In this document: one piece after another, positions 27,202 to 36,577 of the stretch | How positions within the stretch are numbered: the stretch's first letter is position 1 | Layout of the letters: every line of letters begins with the position of its first letter | NCBI GenBank assembly: GCA_045653515.1 | Contig: JAZOMB010000046.1 | Span: forward strand, 13,114 to 77,113 | DNA from: Victivallaceae bacterium | GTDB lineage: Bacteria > Verrucomicrobiota > Lentisphaeria > Victivallales > Victivallaceae | Length of the DNA: 64,000 bases | Direction: 5' to 3' | Position numbers and translations under genes: made by a program | The notes under the pieces: model-generated | The model's database searches: none | The model's input: only the letters and a program-made list of their open reading frames with translations | What the model was told of the DNA's origin: nothing

Positions 27202-29304
27202 ATGATCAAAAAATTCAGTTTCCTTGCGTTGCTGGCGATGCTTGTTTGCAGCACCGTTCACGCCGACGAGTTGGACAAATCCGTGCTTAAAGATGAGTGG
27301 CGCGATATAGTTCTTGAAGCTGTGAACTGGGATTATCCCGGTCTGGAAAAGGCGAAAGAACGCTATCTTGCCAAAGATAAACTCGGTGCTTCCGCCGAAT
27401 TTGTCAAGTATCTCCGCGCTAAAAAACAGCCTGACGTACTGCTTAACCGTATTGCCAAACCAGCAAGCGGCAATGCCAGACAGGGGTTGAATTATATCTG
27501 GAAATACGGTGCCAACAGCCATAAGTTCCCCAACCGCCGCATCGACTGGTTCTACAACAAAACCAAAGATATTCCCGGTATGTATGACCGCGAATGGCAG
27601 AGCCAGCTCAACCGTATGAACTGGTTTGTCGATATGGCAGGTATGTACAAACGTACCGGAAAAAAGGAGTATGCCGCCACTTTTGCCCGTCAGCTGCGCA
27701 ACTGGGTGGTCGATTGCCCCCCGCCGCCCGAAGACAAGAGCGGCAACTATGAAAATTCCGCGTGGCGCAATATCGATATGGGCTTGCGTCTGGGCAGTTA
27801 CTGGGCTCCTGCGTATGCCGGATTTGTCAAAGCTCCGGAATTCACCGACGATGATATTATGCTTTACTGCTATATCAGTCTGGTTCACAGCAAGCGTCTG
27901 CACAAATTCAACAGCTACGGCAACATCTTCATTATGGAGATGAATGGACTTTTTACCTTTGCCGCGATGTTCCCCGAATTCAAAGTTTCTGCCGCCAACC
28001 GCAAGCGTGCCATTTCCGAGGTGTACAAAAACACCCGTGAAATGTTCCTGCCCGACGGCTTCCTCAATGAGCTGACCAACAGCTATCACCGGACGGTTTC
28101 CGGATTGATGGTGCAGATGTTCCGTATGGCAAATGATTGCGGTTTCGCGCACGAGCTGCCCAAAGATTTTATCAGTATGCTGGAAAAATCTTACGATGCG
28201 TTTATGAGATTGAGTACTCCGGGGCCGGATATGCCGCTTTCCAACGACTCCCGCCACGCCGGAATGGCAGATTTCTTTGCCGGGGCGGTCAAGCTGTTCC
28301 CGAACCGCAAAGATTTCCTCTGGATGCACACTCTGCGTAAAAAAGGTTCCGCACCGGATTATCTTTCCGTGGTTATGCCGTGGTCCGGTTTTGTCGTTAT
28401 GCGCGAATCGTGGAACCCGAATGCAAACTATCTCATATTTGATATCGGCGCCCTCGGTGTCCGCCATTGCCATCAGGATAAGTTGAACATTGCCATCTGG
28501 AAGGGCAAAGATCAGCTGCTTTACGATGACGGCGGCGGCAGCTATGCCAGAAGCAAATACCGTCAGTATGCGGTTTCCAGTTTGTCGCACAACCTCGTTT
28601 CGGTCGACGGCACCGGACAGGCGACCAATTCCGCGCCGAAATCTCCCGACCGCAAGCTCACTGCTCCCGTTACCGGCGACTTCAAGAGCGATGGAAAGAT
28701 CGAGTACGCCCGCGGAGTCTTTGATAAAGGCTGGGGCCACAGCAGCGGCAATAAGATCGTTAAACACGAACGCCAGATCGTCTATATCCGCCCGGATATC
28801 TATATCGTCCTCGACCGGATGATCCCGACCAAACGCGGTGCGAAAAAGGCTCACACCTATCAGGCGCGTTGGCACGTTGATACGCTGAAGATGTTCCCCG
28901 CGCTTGATGGACATCCGGCGTTGATCTCCTCACCGGAATCCACCACGCTGGAAAAAGAACGCGGCAATCCCTCCGGCAAACGCAATAAGATCGTGGTTGC
29001 CCCGCTCTTTACTGATGGGGTAAAGGTGGAACACTTTACCGGAAAACTGGACGGCAAATGGAACGAACTTGCCGGTGTTTATACTATGCACCCCTACCGT
29101 GTGACAACTACCATCACCCACAGCCGTGCGGCGGCGAAAGGCGAACAGCGTTTCCTGACGATGTTCATCCCGCTCGGCAATAAGGATGACAGCCCGCTGA
29201 AATCCATCAGACAGCAGGGCGTTAACGGCGCCGTCGTCGAGTTGAAAGACGGCCGTACTGTGAAGATCTCCATCGTCAAAGGAGTTCTCTCTGCAACGCT
29301 GTAA
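27202..29304 (+). CDS. secreted heparinase II/III-like polysaccharide lyase (paralog 3 of 3)
   Basis: 700 aa. It carries the same conserved blocks (HCHQDKLNIAIW, LYDDGGGSYA, HTYQARWHVDT). Confidence 0.7.
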   Translation: MIKKFSFLALLAMLVCSTVHADELDKSVLKDEWRDIVLEAVNWDYPGLEKAKERYLAKDKLGASAEFVKYLRAKKQPDVLLNRIAKPASGNARQGLNYIWKYGANSHKFPNRRIDWFYNKTKDIPGMYDREWQSQLNRMNWFVDMAGMYKRTGKKEYAATFARQLRNWVVDCPPPPEDKSGNYENSAWRNIDMGLRLGSYWAPAYAGFVKAPEFTDDDIMLYCYISLVHSKRLHKFNSYGNIFIMEMNGLFTFAAMFPEFKVSAANRKRAISEVYKNTREMFLPDGFLNELTNSYHRTVSGLMVQMFRMANDCGFAHELPKDFISMLEKSYDAFMRLSTPGPDMPLSNDSRHAGMADFFAGAVKLFPNRKDFLWMHTLRKKGSAPDYLSVVMPWSGFVVMRESWNPNANYLIFDIGALGVRHCHQDKLNIAIWKGKDQLLYDDGGGSYARSKYRQYAVSSLSHNLVSVDGTGQATNSAPKSPDRKLTAPVTGDFKSDGKIEYARGVFDKGWGHSSGNKIVKHERQIVYIRPDIYIVLDRMIPTKRGAKKAHTYQARWHVDTLKMFPALDGHPALISSPESTTLEKERGNPSGKRNKIVVAPLFTDGVKVEHFTGKLDGKWNELAGVYTMHPYRVTTTITHSRAAAKGEQRFLTMFIPLGNKDDSPLKSIRQQGVNGAVVELKDGRTVKISIVKGVLSATL

Positions 29305-29313
29305 GCAGCAAGC

Positions 29314-29350
29314 AAAAAGGCTGCGGCAAAATTTGCCGCAGCCTTTTTTT
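29314..29350. terminator. bidirectional intrinsic terminator
   Basis: AAAAAGGCTGCGGCAAA-A-TTTGCCGCAGCCTTTTT with a flanking T-run. It lies between 27202-29304 (+) and 29389-30048 (-). Confidence 0.7.
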
Positions 29351-29388
29351 ATGCCGTCGCAGGCGTAACAGCTGTACACAATTTTCTA

Positions 29389-30048
29389 TCAGAAGAACTT
29401 TTCAAACGGAAATTCTTCGTAGCTTGCTTCCATATAGAAGTCAGCGATGTCGCGCAGTTCGTGCGAGCGCCGTTCCCATTTATCCGCCATAATAGCGAGG
29501 GAGAAACCGGCTTTTTTGGCGGTGGTCGCCGCGTAGTGGGCATCTTCAAAAATCATTATCTCGTCCGGCGCAAAGCCGAAGTGTTCAGCTGCTTTGAAAA
29601 AGGCTTCCTCTTTATTTTTTCCGCATCCGACGGTGTCGCAGGAGAGCAGTCCGTGAGAGAAATATTGTTTGGCATCGAGCCGTTCCAACGCAAGGTGGAG
29701 CAGATGTTCCGGTGTGGCGCTGAAGACCATCGTTGCAATATTGTTGTCGTGCAGTTTCTGCAGAAACTCTTTCGCACCGGGTTTGAATCCGGCTTGAGTG
29801 CGGTAAAAGTCGGCAAGGACATTTTGAAGCTCATTGAGCATTGCTTCGGGCGTGAGGTCAAGTTTGAAGTCTGCAATAAGCATTTTAACGGCATTGTGAA
29901 TGCTCATAATGACCAGTTTATCTGCCAGATCTTCCGGAATGGGGATGTTGTTTTTTATCAGATAGCTTTCGGCCAGATGATGCCAGATATACATAGAATC
30001 AAGAATGGTGCCGTCCATATCAAAAATTACTGCTTTAAACTTCTTCAT
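29389..30048 (-). CDS. HAD-superfamily hydrolase (beta-phosphoglucomutase/phosphatase-like)
   Basis: 219 aa. Motif I is VIFDMDGTILDS. Own promoter TTGCAT, 16 nt, TATATT at 30085-30112. Confidence 0.8.
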   Translation of the reverse strand: MKKFKAVIFDMDGTILDSMYIWHHLAESYLIKNNIPIPEDLADKLVIMSIHNAVKMLIADFKLDLTPEAMLNELQNVLADFYRTQAGFKPGAKEFLQKLHDNNIATMVFSATPEHLLHLALERLDAKQYFSHGLLSCDTVGCGKNKEEAFFKAAEHFGFAPDEIMIFEDAHYAATTAKKAGFSLAIMADKWERRSHELRDIADFYMEASYEEFPFEKFF

Positions 30049-30121
30049 TATTAAAAAAATCCTCTGTTTTTATATCAGGAAGTTAATATACTCCGCAAAT
30101 TTTTTTATGCAAGATAAAGCT

Positions 30122-30154
30122 GAAAAAAAAGCGGCAATTCCAGAGAATTGCCGC
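30122..30154 (-). terminator. intrinsic terminator after the 1125-aa gene
   Basis: Minus strand reads GCGGCAATTC-TCTGG-AATTGCCGC followed by TTTTTTTT. Confidence 0.65.
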
Positions 30155-30169
30155 ATAAGCTGGGGAAGC

Positions 30170-33100
30170 TTACTGGTTTTGCAGAATAAGTTCCACGATT
30201 TCAGCGCGCGCTTTTTCGTAGTCAGAGAAGTTGAGCTTCGAGCGGCGGACGATCGCCTGAAGTTTTTTCAATCCGGCATCGTTTTTGCGGGCGGTGAGGC
30301 GTTTCACGGCTTCGCGGTAGTAGAGCGAATCGGTAACGCCGTCGCGCAGATCTTCCAAGCGCAAACTGGCGATCGGTTTGATGTAATCGCCCTGCTTTCT
30401 CCAGTAGACCAGCTGACAGGTGTGCTGGTTTTCCGGAGGGAGCGCTCTCCAGTCCAGGTTGCGTTTTGAACCGTAACCCAGCGAGTAGTTGAGCCAGCAG
30501 GATGGGCTGGCGGTCCAGACGACCATGCCGTCCAGATTGTCGCCGATGACCACTTCCCAAAGATCGCGGCGGCCGGACATCACACGATTGCGTTCCGCCC
30601 AGCTGGTGCGGTTGGTGTAGCGGCGGATGGGGAAGCCTTTGCTGCGCATATACTGGATATCTTTTTTGCCCTGTTCATCGATGGTCATTGCAGCGGCGGA
30701 GTAGTCCAGACAGGTGAAGCCGTCCATAATCGGTTTGAGATCCCAGTACTTGGCGCCGCTGGGGATCATATTGATATTGATGCCGAGATCCATGGAACGC
30801 AGATGTTTGGCGACCGGCAAAAAGATCGGTTCCGGGTCTTCGTCACCGAGTTTATAGGTGAAGTTAGCCGGGGGAAGTCCCAGTTTTTTAAGGTGTTCGA
30901 CCAGATATTTTATGTGGTCAGCCATGATGTTTCCGGCGCGGTTGGAGAGTACCATACGCAAGTTGTACTTGGCACAGATGCGGACACGTTCATCAAAATC
31001 ATAACGTTTGCCGTCAATGACTACTTTGGCACCGGCAGGAGTTTTGTATTCCTGCATTGCTTTGATGTAGCCGTCCCATCCCCAGGGAATACCCTTGTAT
31101 TTGCCGTCTTTAAATCCGGGCAGGGAGGGGGAGCCGCCGTTGGTACAGCGGCAGGATTTCACGCAGTTGACGTGAACGCCGTCAACCATGACGCGGGGAG
31201 TTTCAAAACTGACATCGCCGACATAGTGTTCCTGCAAAAGTTTTGCCCAGTCTTCGCCGGATTTTCCGCCCCAGGGCAGCTGGGTGAATATGTAGCAGTT
31301 GACGACTTTTTCTTCACAGCGGGGCAGGGTGATCGGCATAATTTCGCAGTTGACGGGGATGTTGAGAGAGCCGACTTTTACCTTGCCGGAATATTTGCCG
31401 GGTACGCAGTTGCGGCTGTCGATATACAAACGGAACTGGGCGAGCGAAAATTGTTTGATAAGGGTGGAATTTTCCACTTTTTCAAACAGTTCCGGAAGCG
31501 GTCTGCCGCTCCATTTCTGTCTCCACTTGGGCCAGATGTCTTCGCGCGGTTCGAGGAAGACGGTGCGGGTCAGAGAAAGATTTTCTTTCGGGATGCGTTT
31601 GCCGTCAGTGCTTTTCAGGTCGCTGAAAACGATTTTTGCATCGAGATCAGATTTGATCGCGCCGATGGCAAAGGTGCGGTAGGCAAATTCGTTGACGGCG
31701 ATTTTGAAGTCCGCTTTTGCGGGGGCAGGGGAGGAGAGATATTGGGAAATCAGCCGGATCTGGAAGACGGGATCTTTTTCAAAGCTGTTGTCATTATCCC
31801 AGTTGAAGCTCACCGCATCGACGGCATTTTTACGCATATTGTCCACATTTTTTCTTGCGGCGGCGGTGGCGGCGGCGTGATTTCTTGTGATTATATCATT
31901 CTGATAGGCGATATAATCTTTGACTCCGGCAGGGAATTTATCCAGCACGATAAAGCCCATGCTCTCATATTCGCGGTAGCCGGTGTTGGCAAAGCTCCAG
32001 CAGTGAATCATTTTGCCCTTGGCGCTGCTCTTGGTGACCACGCAGTTCATACGGAACTCTTTTTCTTTATTTGGATCGATGCCGATCTCACTCCACGGAA
32101 TGGTGTATGCCGCAAGGAAGCTGTTTTTCTTCAAAGTGATTTTGACATCCCATTTGAAGTTGACAAAGGCATCGCCTTCGGCTTCATCATACTTCTGACC
32201 GCCGGGGGCGGTTGCCAGCTGACAGTAGCCGCGGGTGCCGGGGATGTTGATAAAAAGTTCGACCTTGTCGCCGGTGCGTTCCCACATGGTTTTGTCGTCG
32301 TGGACGCCTTTGCTCTTGACGATCTCCGGTTTGCCGGGAACGTTTACGGTGACGTAGAGATTGTTTTTGTCATAGCCGAATGCGATGCCCGGTTTAAGCT
32401 CTTCGAACTTTCCGGGATTGCTCATCAAGCGGAAGTTGGTGTGAAACTTTCCGGGTTTGCCGTTGTTGGCGATCGCGGCGCGGACTTCAGGTGCCAGCAG
32501 CTGCGGAGGAGTGGCAATGAAGCCGGAAGCAAGCAGCTGTTTCTGCGCTTCAAGTTCACTTGATTCCAACTCTTTGATTTTGGCAAGCATCGCTTTTTTG
32601 AGTTCAAATGCCGCCGGAGCGGTGATGACTTTGGGGATGGTGAATTTTTCCAGTCCTGAAACTTTAACGCTCTGACGGCGGAGTTTTTCAACTGCGGCAT
32701 CGAGCTGTTTTCTGACCGGGATCAGGGCCTGATTGTAATTTTTGTAGATGCGTGACTTCGGGGCGGCGGGGGTGAATTTCACCTGAATGCCGGGAGTGTT
32801 TTGAACGATGAAGGTAGGGATGATTTCCAATTGAACATTGGAGATGAGAGCTTTGCTTTCGGTGTGAGATGAGTGAACACCGAAGCCGGCGCTGACAACT
32901 TCGCCGCGCGGGACGAGCAGAGAGCTGTTCCGGATCTTTTCATCGCGAACCGCTTTGCCGTAACGGCCGGAAAGGGCTTTATTTTTGGCATCGCGGCCGC
33001 TCATATAGAGCGCGGTACCTTTGCCGGAAACAACATCGGAACTTTCGATATCGGCAGACAAAAGATAGTGACGGTCGCGGAGGAAGAAGCCTTTGTCGAT

Positions 33101-33547
33101 CGAACCGAAAGTCCATATCGCACTGCATTTTTTGCCGCCGAAGTTCAGGATGCGCAGCTTGCCGTCTTCGTGGGCAAGTTCGGCCATGAATTTATTGTTG
33201 GTGTACGCGTTTGCAAAAGAGGTCAGCGGTTTATCGGGGAGGAGATTTTCCCGGACGCGGACTTTTCCGGCAATGATCTGCGGAGTGATCTTTTCTCCGA
33301 CTTGGCTGAAGGTCATCGTACATGTGTAAACGCCGGTTTTTTCTTTTTTGATTTTGGCGGCAGGTTTGACGCGGAGTTTTCCGTCGCAAGGCTGATTGTC
33401 GGCATCGCGCAAGAATATTTTGATTTCGACCGGTACGTTAACCCCCGGCTGGTGGGTGGATACTGTAAAGTAACTTTTTGCGGCATCAACGGCTGCAAAA
33501 ATCGGCAGAGATGCTGCGGCAAGTGCGGTAAAAAGTAATTTTTTCAT
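30170..33547 (-). CDS. large secreted protein; C-terminal half is DUF4091/GH123-like, middle is CBM9-like (tentative)
   Basis: 1125 aa. Signal peptide MKKLLFTALAAASLPIFA. The C-terminal segment ...ASLRLEDLRDGVTDSLYY resembles the end of DUF4091-type glycoside hydrolase domains. Assignment has low certainty. Confidence 0.4.
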   Translation of the reverse strand: MKKLLFTALAAASLPIFAAVDAAKSYFTVSTHQPGVNVPVEIKIFLRDADNQPCDGKLRVKPAAKIKKEKTGVYTCTMTFSQVGEKITPQIIAGKVRVRENLLPDKPLTSFANAYTNNKFMAELAHEDGKLRILNFGGKKCSAIWTFGSIDKGFFLRDRHYLLSADIESSDVVSGKGTALYMSGRDAKNKALSGRYGKAVRDEKIRNSSLLVPRGEVVSAGFGVHSSHTESKALISNVQLEIIPTFIVQNTPGIQVKFTPAAPKSRIYKNYNQALIPVRKQLDAAVEKLRRQSVKVSGLEKFTIPKVITAPAAFELKKAMLAKIKELESSELEAQKQLLASGFIATPPQLLAPEVRAAIANNGKPGKFHTNFRLMSNPGKFEELKPGIAFGYDKNNLYVTVNVPGKPEIVKSKGVHDDKTMWERTGDKVELFINIPGTRGYCQLATAPGGQKYDEAEGDAFVNFKWDVKITLKKNSFLAAYTIPWSEIGIDPNKEKEFRMNCVVTKSSAKGKMIHCWSFANTGYREYESMGFIVLDKFPAGVKDYIAYQNDIITRNHAAATAAARKNVDNMRKNAVDAVSFNWDNDNSFEKDPVFQIRLISQYLSSPAPAKADFKIAVNEFAYRTFAIGAIKSDLDAKIVFSDLKSTDGKRIPKENLSLTRTVFLEPREDIWPKWRQKWSGRPLPELFEKVENSTLIKQFSLAQFRLYIDSRNCVPGKYSGKVKVGSLNIPVNCEIMPITLPRCEEKVVNCYIFTQLPWGGKSGEDWAKLLQEHYVGDVSFETPRVMVDGVHVNCVKSCRCTNGGSPSLPGFKDGKYKGIPWGWDGYIKAMQEYKTPAGAKVVIDGKRYDFDERVRICAKYNLRMVLSNRAGNIMADHIKYLVEHLKKLGLPPANFTYKLGDEDPEPIFLPVAKHLRSMDLGININMIPSGAKYWDLKPIMDGFTCLDYSAAAMTIDEQGKKDIQYMRSKGFPIRRYTNRTSWAERNRVMSGRRDLWEVVIGDNLDGMVVWTASPSCWLNYSLGYGSKRNLDWRALPPENQHTCQLVYWRKQGDYIKPIASLRLEDLRDGVTDSLYYREAVKRLTARKNDAGLKKLQAIVRRSKLNFSDYEKARAEIVELILQNQ

Positions 33548-33553
33548 CGTTTA

Positions 33554-34348
33554 TCACCAGTTCCAGTAGTTGTCTTTGGGATCGTACCAGTCATTTTCGC
33601 CGTGCGGGATGGATGCCCAGACGGCGGCGCTGGTGCCGCCGATGCTGCTGCAGTGACCGTCAGCCCACAGGATATTGGCGCTGTTGCCGTGGATGGCGTT
33701 GATTTTGGAATAGTTGGTGTTTCCCGAACCCCAGCGGTAGCTCAAATGGGCGCGGGTGACGGTATTGGCGGCGAGCGTTGGTTCGTCGCCGTCGGCGGAA
33801 ACCAGCAGCGTGGAGGGGCGGCGGATCTGACTCATACGGGGGACGCCGCGGTGAGGGCCGCCGTTGACGCCGCTATGGGTGTTGGAGCTCAAACCGTGGA
33901 CGAGCATCAACCAGTTGTAAGCGTAGGTGGTGTTCCACAAGCCGCGCCGGTTGGAGCCGCCGCCGGAAAGACCGAAAAAGAGATCGTTAGCGGTGGTGTT
34001 GACTTTGGCGGCGAGCATACTGCGGTTGCCGAATGCCGGATCGTCAAAAAATTTGTAACTCAGTCCGGGCATGGCCTGGAGCAGTTTACCCTGCGGCATA
34101 CGCAAATTGCCGTTTAATTCTGCATTGGTAGTGCCGTAGTTTTCTCCGCCCGGCTTGACGAACCAATCGTCACTGTTGGCAAGATAATTTGCCAGCATCA
34201 GACCGATCTGTTTGAAGTTGTTGCCGCAGTTGCTTCCCATGCCGCGCGCTCTGGCTCTCTGCAATGCCGGGAGCAAAATCGCCGCCAGAATGGCGATGAT
34301 CGCGATCACGACCAGAAGCTCTATCAATGTGAATTTTTTTTGTTTCAT
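33554..34348 (-). CDS. prepilin-type N-terminal methylation domain protein with H-X9-DG motif
   Basis: 264 aa. Motifs [26 protein letters not shown] and [12 protein letters not shown]. Confidence 0.85.
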   Translation of the reverse strand: MKQKKFTLIELLVVIAIIAILAAILLPALQRARARGMGSNCGNNFKQIGLMLANYLANSDDWFVKPGGENYGTTNAELNGNLRMPQGKLLQAMPGLSYKFFDDPAFGNRSMLAAKVNTTANDLFFGLSGGGSNRRGLWNTTYAYNWLMLVHGLSSNTHSGVNGGPHRGVPRMSQIRRPSTLLVSADGDEPTLAANTVTRAHLSYRWGSGNTNYSKINAIHGNSANILWADGHCSSIGGTSAAVWASIPHGENDWYDPKDNYWNW

Positions 34349-34371
34349 AAAATATTCTCCTTGAATTTTGG

Positions 34372-36441
34372 TTATTTTGCTATCTTGAAAACCCGCATTT
34401 GCACTGGTTTGGTGATACCTTTGAAAATATATGCACCATCGGCAGTTTTTTCAACTTCAACTTTTTTCCATCTGCCGTTGCCGCACAGCTCTTTGACCGG
34501 CTTGCCCTGCAGCTCTTTTGCCAGATAAATGGGAATATCTTTGCGCGGCGCGGTACTCAAGTTGGTGATGAAAATGATGGTCGCATCATCGGTTTTGCGC
34601 ACCTTGAGCCAGCAGTTGGGAATACGCGCCACCGCCGCGGGAAGTTCGCCTTTCTTCAACCACTCCAGCACTCGCCGGATCATTTCAGCTTTGCGCAAAT
34701 TGAAGAGGTTCGCCGTCCGGTTGAAGGTCATCGTCGAAGCAAGAACGCATACTCTGCCGCCGAGTTTATTGGTGAAGCGCACCATCCCCGGCTGCATAAA
34801 GTTTTCTTCCGGATCGACGAAGTAACTTAAAATTTCCGCCCCTTTCTGCGGAACGGGATTTTTGTACTGCACCGCATTTTCACTCCCGGCAGGGGCGAAC
34901 GCCAGATTGTAGACGAAATTGCCTTTGATACCGTCAAAAATCGGCAGACGGCAGATTTTTTCGCCGACAAAGAGATATTTGGCCACCGGCTTTACGGAAA
35001 CGCCGATCAATTCGCCGTAACCGCGCTTTTCCAGAATTTCAGCGGCTTCGGCATCGAGCAGAACGCCGCCGCTCAAAATCCTCCTGATCTCCGTATCAGA
35101 AAGCACCGCCGCATTCTGCCCGATAAGAATGTCCGGTTTGCCGTTGACGGTGGAAAACGGTATTCCCATACGGGCAAACGCCGCGCTGGTGTGGACGATG
35201 GTGATTCTGCCGTCGCGGGTCAGCTTTTTCGCCGAATGTGAAAGGGGATCGTAGATGATTTTCACTCCTTCCATTTTTCCGGAATTGCCGAGCAGACTTA
35301 CGGCATCAAAAAATTTGTCGTTGCGCTTGAACATTTCAAAATATGCCGGGTCTTCGGTCGGATCATCCAGATATTGGGCGGCATAAAGCAGAACATTGTC
35401 CGCTCCCATAGCAAGGGCGTTACCGATATTGGCTTTGAGCAGCTCCGGAGAACCGAAGTAGGTGGTGTGCGGATAGGTGTCGGCTTCAATGATAAATTCA
35501 ATATCTTTTGAAAGCCGTTCTGCCGTGTAAAGCGTGTGCGCCAGATAGTCCGGCATCATCTGCGGCGCATCGTACGAGGTGTACCACGCACAACGCAGCC
35601 GCATCATCGGGCGGGTGTTGGGGCCGGCGAGCGCGCGGGCGATGTCGATGGCGGCGAAACCGTCGGCATCGGTATTGAGTGTTTCGCACAGGCCGATGCG
35701 GGTTTCGGGAGAAACTTCGTCCACCGCGGCGCGGAGTTCGGATGCGAGCGAAACGAGAGAATCTTTGGCGCACGCGGCAAAAAGACGGCGCAGTTCAAGT
35801 GTTTCGGTTTTGTCCTCTTTGTAGATTTTCTGCAGCTCCTCTCTGGAATAGAAGCGCCCCGCTTTTTTGGCAAACGCTTCCAGATGGAGCGGGCAGAAAC
35901 AGCCGAAAGACGCATTGGTGTGATTCTGCAGAGAGTAGTCATCTTCGATCAGTATCAGCGGAACGCGCGCTTTCCCTGCGATCAAAGCGAAGTTGCGGCA
36001 CGATTCTTTGCGGAAATCTTTGTCCAATGCACAAATACCGATGGGGCTCACCCTGCCGTCAATGCCGACGATATGCTGATGTTTGGAGTTGAAGCCGAGT
36101 TTGAAAAACGGGGCGCTCCACCAATGCAGCTTGATCGGGGTGTCGGCAAGCTCTTTTTTCAGGCGGTTGATCCGGTTTGCGATGATTTCATAGGCATCGG
36201 CTTCCGGGTAACCCACCACGCGCACACTGACACCGGGGCCGCAGATAAAGAAATTTTCAATGCCGTATTTCTGATATATTTCCCGGAGGTCGTTTCCGTT
36301 GACATCGGCATTGTGGTATTGCGCCATGGGGACGATCGCTTTGGAGAGCATATTACTTTTGACTCCTGAAGATTTGATAGAGTTGCAGCCGGAGAGTACC
36401 ATTACAGCGGTCAATGCCGCAAGTGTGTTGCCAAGTTTCAA
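34372..36441 (-). CDS. lipoprotein of unknown function (first gene of the operon)
   Basis: The ORF-track ATG at 36495 falls between the -35 and -10 of the promoter. The TTG at 36441 is preceded by GAGGGA plus 7 nt and yields (M)[20 protein letters not shown], a lipobox signal peptide. Confidence 0.5.
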   Translation of the reverse strand: MKLGNTLAALTAVMVLSGCNSIKSSGVKSNMLSKAIVPMAQYHNADVNGNDLREIYQKYGIENFFICGPGVSVRVVGYPEADAYEIIANRINRLKKELADTPIKLHWWSAPFFKLGFNSKHQHIVGIDGRVSPIGICALDKDFRKESCRNFALIAGKARVPLILIEDDYSLQNHTNASFGCFCPLHLEAFAKKAGRFYSREELQKIYKEDKTETLELRRLFAACAKDSLVSLASELRAAVDEVSPETRIGLCETLNTDADGFAAIDIARALAGPNTRPMMRLRCAWYTSYDAPQMMPDYLAHTLYTAERLSKDIEFIIEADTYPHTTYFGSPELLKANIGNALAMGADNVLLYAAQYLDDPTEDPAYFEMFKRNDKFFDAVSLLGNSGKMEGVKIIYDPLSHSAKKLTRDGRITIVHTSAAFARMGIPFSTVNGKPDILIGQNAAVLSDTEIRRILSGGVLLDAEAAEILEKRGYGELIGVSVKPVAKYLFVGEKICRLPIFDGIKGNFVYNLAFAPAGSENAVQYKNPVPQKGAEILSYFVDPEENFMQPGMVRFTNKLGGRVCVLASTMTFNRTANLFNLRKAEMIRRVLEWLKKGELPAAVARIPNCWLKVRKTDDATIIFITNLSTAPRKDIPIYLAKELQGKPVKELCGNGRWKKVEVEKTADGAYIFKGITKPVQMRVFKIAK

Positions 36442-36482
36442 AATATTTCCCTCACTATAGTAAATTTTTTCCACCCAGACAT

Positions 36483-36511
36483 AATATATCTTCAATCATT
36501 TTTCAATACAA
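36483..36511 (-). promoter_or_regulatory. sigma70-type promoter of the 36441-to-30170 operon
   Basis: Minus strand reads TTGTAT (36511-36506), 17 nt, TATATT (36488-36483). Confidence 0.5.
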
Positions 36512-36541
36512 CCGCTTTACTTTTGAAAAAGTTGTGATATT

Positions 36542-36570
36542 TTATCAAAAGAGCATTATATTTTATCAAT
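36542..36570 (-). promoter_or_regulatory. two direct TTGATAA(A) half-sites 21 bp apart (putative AraC-type activator site)
   Basis: Plus-strand TATCAA at 36543 and 36564. The proximal half-site starts 38 bp upstream of -35. The site ends 8 nt before the AraC-family ORF. Confidence 0.5.
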
Positions 36571-36577
36571 TTGAGGT

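Noticed and set aside
25201-28914. 422-aa and 811-aa ORFs on the minus strand opposite the lyase paralogs
   Set aside because: These are antisense shadows of GC3-biased coding sequence. They span gene junctions of the plus-strand operon, have no signal or domain features, and the plus-strand frames are mutually homologous real proteins.
30803-32563. 586-aa plus-strand ORF opposite the 1125-aa gene. Similar long antisense ORFs occur at 7196-8221, 8503-9555, 9781-10998, 18580-19668, 35536-36369, 46235-46900, 47198-48043, 48481-49401, 49978-50721, 53132-54781, 56641-57525, 57884-59605 and 59923-60606.
   Set aside because: All are mirror-frame ORFs of confidently assigned genes. They have low-complexity composition, no start context, and they overlap the true genes completely.
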